Source of the DNA: a virus
Taxonomy: Duplodnaviria > Caudoviricetes
Length of the DNA: 56,080 nucleotides
Direction: 5' to 3' (one strand)
IMG/VR virus record: IMGVR_UViG_3300032053_000093
Location: 1 to 56,080 of that record
Each line of letters begins with the position of its first letter. Within the stretch, counting starts at the first letter, position 1. This document shows positions 53,201 through 56,080 of this stretch, in pieces. A program made the position numbers and the translations under genes. Below the pieces are notes generated by a model. The model did not search any database and had not been told where the DNA came from. It saw only the letters and a program-made list of their open reading frames with translations.

Positions 53201-56080
53201 AATATCGGACACGCCTGCATGAGGCCGACAACTTGGAGCGTGTGCAGAAAGCAATGCGGGCACTGGCAGATGCGCACGAAAACGGAACTATCTCTGAGGG
53301 GTTGCGCGACATTCGGAAGAGAGACGACATTCTGAAACTCGTTCAGAAGTACACGAGTTCCAATGCGGGTTACTATGACGTGATCCCCCTTCAGGACTAT
53401 GCGAATAAGTCAGCACCAGCCGTCGAACTCCAGAACATGATCGAGAAGTGGGGCGATGTTCAGGCCGATGCGGAACGCGCCAAACAGGAGCAAAAACAGA
53501 AGGTAGATCAACTTACGGCCGAGGTGCAGTTTCAGAAGATACCGGGGTTCTTCCCGACTCCCGCGCCCGTAGCGGAAAGGATGGCGGAGATACTGGACGC
53601 GCAACCTGGTATGACGGTCCTGGACCCCAGCGCGGGGAAGGGTGATCTTCTTGAAGCAGTGCTTCAACAGGAACCCGATGCAAAGGTGAACGCGATTGAG
53701 ATTGTTCCCAAACTGGCCGATATCTTGAAGGCAAAAGACATCCCTGTTGACAATGCGGACTTTCTGGAACAATCGGGACAATATGACCGTATCGTAATGA
53801 ATCCCCCGTTCGAGGGCGGGCAAGATATGGACCACGTGCGCCACGCATACGACTTGCTCGAACCCGGCGGGAAGTTGGTTGCTATCATGTCCGAGGGATC
53901 GTTTTCGAGGGGTGACAAGAAGGCCGTCGCGTTTCGGGAATGGTTCTACGCCCTTCCCGATGCTACGGAAGAGAAGTTGGAAAACGCTTTCAAAGGCGGG
54001 TTTCGTCCAACGGGTGTAGCATCTCGTTTGGTTGTCATAGAAAAACCGTTAGCCTCTGTCGCCCCGACCGGCGCGAAGGCCAAACTGGCGAAGATCAAGG
54101 CGGAGAAGGGAAAGGTCGTTGCTGCGCCGCCCGCCGCCAAGGAGAAACCGGCGGAGCCAGCGAAGCAGGGGCCGTCCGCCGCAGAGCGCCTTGTTCAGAT
54201 GGAAGAGAAAGACAAAGCGGCCAGCGCGGATATGTTTGGTCGAACGGAAGCCCCGGTTGCCCCGCGTGAGGTTGGCGTCCAGGGTGAGATTCCGATTCCC
54301 GTCAGTGGTTTGGACTTGGCCGAGGCTGCGCAAAAGGAACACACGAAAGGCCCGATGCCGAAAGAAGAGCCGGGCCAGATGGATATGCTGAAACCCGGAT
54401 CGAAGCCCATAGATGAGATGTCGCCTGATGAATTCGCCAAGAGCGTTCCAGCAGTGGGGGCTGATTCGGAGGCACTTAGATCCAAGGCGGCGATGAAACT
54501 GCGCGTGGCGAACAAGTACCGCGGGAAAGTCTATGTAAGCGAAGGCGGGGACACCCATGCCTCACTGATGACGCAGCACAACATGGACGCGGATGATGTG
54601 ATTCCGGGCTTCGTGGACGAGAAGGGAAGGTTCCTTTACCAGCATCCCAAAGAAGCGCACAAGATGGAGATTGACCAAGGACTTCGGGAAGGACGAGCCT
54701 TTCGGCAAGGAGTTCTGAAATACTACCCTGAGATGGCGGAGAAGTGGGGGATTAGAACCATTGCGGATATTCCGGTTACTCAAGCACCCACCAATAGCCT
54801 GAAAGTTGACCCTGGATCGCTACAGTTCAAGGGGAATGTAGATGCTCGTGGCGTTCAAGAAGGAGAAGCGATAGACGGATTGTTCAATCAGGCCGTGGCA
54901 AAAGATTTGCTCGTGTGGCAAGACAAAGATGGACAACTCTGGGTGGTCAATGGTCATCATCGTTTCGCTCTGGCGCAAGATAGTGGAACAAAAACACTTG
55001 ACGTTCGGATCATGCGAGAGGAAGATGGATTCAGCAAAAAGGCCGCTCGGATTATTGGGGCCGAAGCAAACATTCTTGATGGAACCGGCACGGAGTTAGA
55101 CTATGCTGAATTCTTCCGACTCTCGGACATTACCGAAGAAGAGGCGAAGCGCCGCGGCTTACTGGCAAGGGATAAAGGTAAGCGAGGATTTGCCCTTGGA
55201 AAAAAGTCCACTCAGAATCTGTTCGACCAAGTTACCAACGGAGCAATCTCCACCGAAAACGCCGTCGCAATAGTTGAAGTCGCGCCCAACAACGAAGCCC
55301 TCCAAAATGCCGCTATCATGTATGCCACCGAACCCGGCAAGCGGCACCCCTCCAAACAAGACCTACGCAATTTTCTCCTTTCGCTTTCCACTGGCGGCGG
55401 AACTCATGTTTCCTCGGTCGGCGAAGACCTGACGGGGGATATGTTCGGCAAGAATGATAGTGTAATCAATCTTCACATCCGATTGGCTAAAGAAGCAACC
55501 CGTGTTCAGCAGAAACTCGCGGAGAGGATTGCGGCGGTGCAGGGCGCGGCAAAGCGGCCAGAGTTGGCGGGCGAGCAGGGTGTGAAGGTAAAAAACCCAA
55601 AGAAAGTCCTGGAAGAAATCCAACGTCTCAAATCCGAGCAACACACGTGGGATCATTGGGAAACGCATCCTGAACTGGCGGCAGAGCTGAGAAAGCGGAT
55701 CGGGATTTCTGACAACGAACCTCTGCTTTCCATAGGGCGAGACACACGCCCCGGCGGCGGAATGCCCGTCGCCGAAGTCCAGGGTCTCGTGGACGCGCTC
55801 GCGGCCAAGGCGGGCCGTTTGCCAGCCAGCCTGACCGTCTATGCCACGCCCGATGACGCCCCGGCAGGCATGAACCCGCGCGCGCGGGGATTCTATGTTC
55901 CTGGTCGCAACGATGAACCGGGCCACGTGGGGATCATCGCCAGCAACAACGATAGCCCCGCCGAGGTTCTGGAAACCTACACGCACGAGGTCATCAAGCA
56001 CTTCGGGCTGCGGGGCGTGTTCCCGAATCCGCTGGCGTTCAATGCCTTCCTGGACACGCTCTACCGGGAGCGCGGCGGCG
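50239..56080 (+). CDS. Giant polyvalent virion protein (partial, >1940 aa): ParB-like, N6-adenine MTase, second ParB-like, metallopeptidase
   Basis: ATG 50239 overlapping the previous stop; frame apparently open to the window edge (hence absent from the ORF track). EGRHR ~52090; FFPTP, LDPSAGKG, MNPPF 53540-54040; VVNGHHR ~54950; THEVIKHFGLR ~55990. Confidence 0.85.
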   Translation, partial: MALTTEPMLEDPQMIEDARRRLMEMKPDGGNPPDELTPVLEQARARLQTMKPELSGPAPAQANLGPYSPEEMASWDANRAALAGPPSPRKAELEALQAFPYKPEDFALWEARRKALQAAPPQAPRPVTQTSEPMDLTLPNAPSPETMRKAEEAVEATTVAGGTGTGPVPLNWSKKIVHRGVGVFTESTQKMANTLRKPGEVGVWEDAEKRWANLPEVERAKRMAWLKSQTKGNGKQAFRPAAPGEFPEPEPPMSTGSFWGDIAGNVLGFTIDPAGLPLLMATGPLFAPTEGASFLARLAASSAHLGVAGGAATALKGGSAGEIAKSTAWGAAAGIAFRAGGVGKLVTSLGKSSEVGFARDMLSAAAGLYAVTAAQNKVNGGPLFDRNVLSGTIEMLLFKLYEKLGENPKYKAQWKDVSEERRAELIRLLAAKIAEDENRSSNINAGLTGAEVAARDREAAEGEFAPGSAGPPPPPPPPPAGPKPKPAPGTPLDIIEGKPLEEPPPPPPAAPQVAPVAQRPPEPQPSAEAAPKPVELPVASPAPVAGPETAKISWGKRQETWPERVREIAPDEYLKRTGNGPLDRENIERLKSAMQKGEEIKSVSLRLDADSGKVIEQEGRHRAQAAKELGVETIPVYVSTWRAGKPVGTDEAISPPAPEKPKFMTSKIRAKQRGGAAKREAEAQAGAAPEVPAAPEAAKPPEAAPGTLTLDQIEAEFRKPEPGEAIGPEPVTQENLDRLTYQHIDGKRSIGSVVRDTVATDQGKHGRLRGIFFLLSRRLEDIDFGNMSRAKRIKIVLDISGTTKAKPDPSIADRVIPKTKQWGVEDVRPFAEWVADNYAHPELAPDLGAMSQLAKAWVEQQAPAAAEKPAAPTGAKAEQAPEIAPKAALGTFKEFVESRGHTWGEVSGKGSDPALYEKLMGDYQNAKTASASATPTGKAKVPTIPSVQKTQGILVAGKFRNQADALQKSIDHLRREMTQNPTPKRMREYRTRLHEADNLERVQKAMRALADAHENGTISEGLRDIRKRDDILKLVQKYTSSNAGYYDVIPLQDYANKSAPAVELQNMIEKWGDVQADAERAKQEQKQKVDQLTAEVQFQKIPGFFPTPAPVAERMAEILDAQPGMTVLDPSAGKGDLLEAVLQQEPDAKVNAIEIVPKLADILKAKDIPVDNADFLEQSGQYDRIVMNPPFEGGQDMDHVRHAYDLLEPGGKLVAIMSEGSFSRGDKKAVAFREWFYALPDATEEKLENAFKGGFRPTGVASRLVVIEKPLASVAPTGAKAKLAKIKAEKGKVVAAPPAAKEKPAEPAKQGPSAAERLVQMEEKDKAASADMFGRTEAPVAPREVGVQGEIPIPVSGLDLAEAAQKEHTKGPMPKEEPGQMDMLKPGSKPIDEMSPDEFAKSVPAVGADSEALRSKAAMKLRVANKYRGKVYVSEGGDTHASLMTQHNMDADDVIPGFVDEKGRFLYQHPKEAHKMEIDQGLREGRAFRQGVLKYYPEMAEKWGIRTIADIPVTQAPTNSLKVDPGSLQFKGNVDARGVQEGEAIDGLFNQAVAKDLLVWQDKDGQLWVVNGHHRFALAQDSGTKTLDVRIMREEDGFSKKAARIIGAEANILDGTGTELDYAEFFRLSDITEEEAKRRGLLARDKGKRGFALGKKSTQNLFDQVTNGAISTENAVAIVEVAPNNEALQNAAIMYATEPGKRHPSKQDLRNFLLSLSTGGGTHVSSVGEDLTGDMFGKNDSVINLHIRLAKEATRVQQKLAERIAAVQGAAKRPELAGEQGVKVKNPKKVLEEIQRLKSEQHTWDHWETHPELAAELRKRIGISDNEPLLSIGRDTRPGGGMPVAEVQGLVDALAAKAGRLPASLTVYATPDDAPAGMNPRARGFYVPGRNDEPGHVGIIASNNDSPAEVLETYTHEVIKHFGLRGVFPNPLAFNAFLDTLYRERGG

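Larger units (their letters stand above)
1..56080. mobile_element. Tailed bacteriophage genome segment (integrase-encoding, podovirus-like virion module); extends beyond both window edges
   Basis: Integrase, replication, TerS/TerL, portal, scaffold, capsid, adaptor/nozzle, lysis and ejection genes lie in phage order. Phage-type genes are present on both sides of the integrase. No tape-measure or sheath gene recognised. Confidence 0.95.

Noticed and set aside
50246-56001. Many short ORFs listed in the track at the right end
   Set aside because: All overlap the single giant + strand ORF starting at 50239

Overview
The whole 56 kb window reads as one GC-rich tailed-phage genome segment. It has an integrase, and its virion module is podovirus-like (no tape measure or sheath gene recognised). 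No host housekeeping genes were recognised. Left arm (minus strand): candidate attP and tyrosine integrase, an excisionase-like HTH, two nucleoside-deoxyribosyltransferase-fold genes, N4/N6 and C5 DNA methyltransferases, DUF5131, a MazG-like gene, SbcC/SbcD, a Gp3/RDF-like protein, an ERCC4 nuclease, an RNA ligase and a Cro-like HTH. The control region at 16.5-18.1 kb holds only a headless remnant where the repressor is expected. Right arm (plus strand): HNH, Prim-Pol/SF3 helicase, an iteron-type origin candidate, TerS, TerL, portal, scaffold, major capsid, decoration protein, tail fibre, adaptors, nozzle, tailspike-like and large unknown virion proteins, a lysis cassette and an ejection-type protein. 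It ends in a >1,940-aa polyvalent protein (2 ParB-like, N6-MTase, metallopeptidase) that runs off the right edge and is missing from the ORF track. Most notable: (1) two virion proteins carry apparent Sec signal peptides, and one late gene has a Tat-like signal; (2) a family of intergenic stem-loop RNAs with covarying stems lies in the early operon, including a pseudoknotted ~180-nt RNA just upstream of the RNA ligase; (3) integrase arm-like 12-bp-period repeats recur next to terS; (4) the nozzle gene is split by a tailspike cassette; (5) a promoter-bearing antisense insert is bounded by a 35-bp duplication of the endolysin start. Family assignments come from motif recognition by eye; no searches were run.
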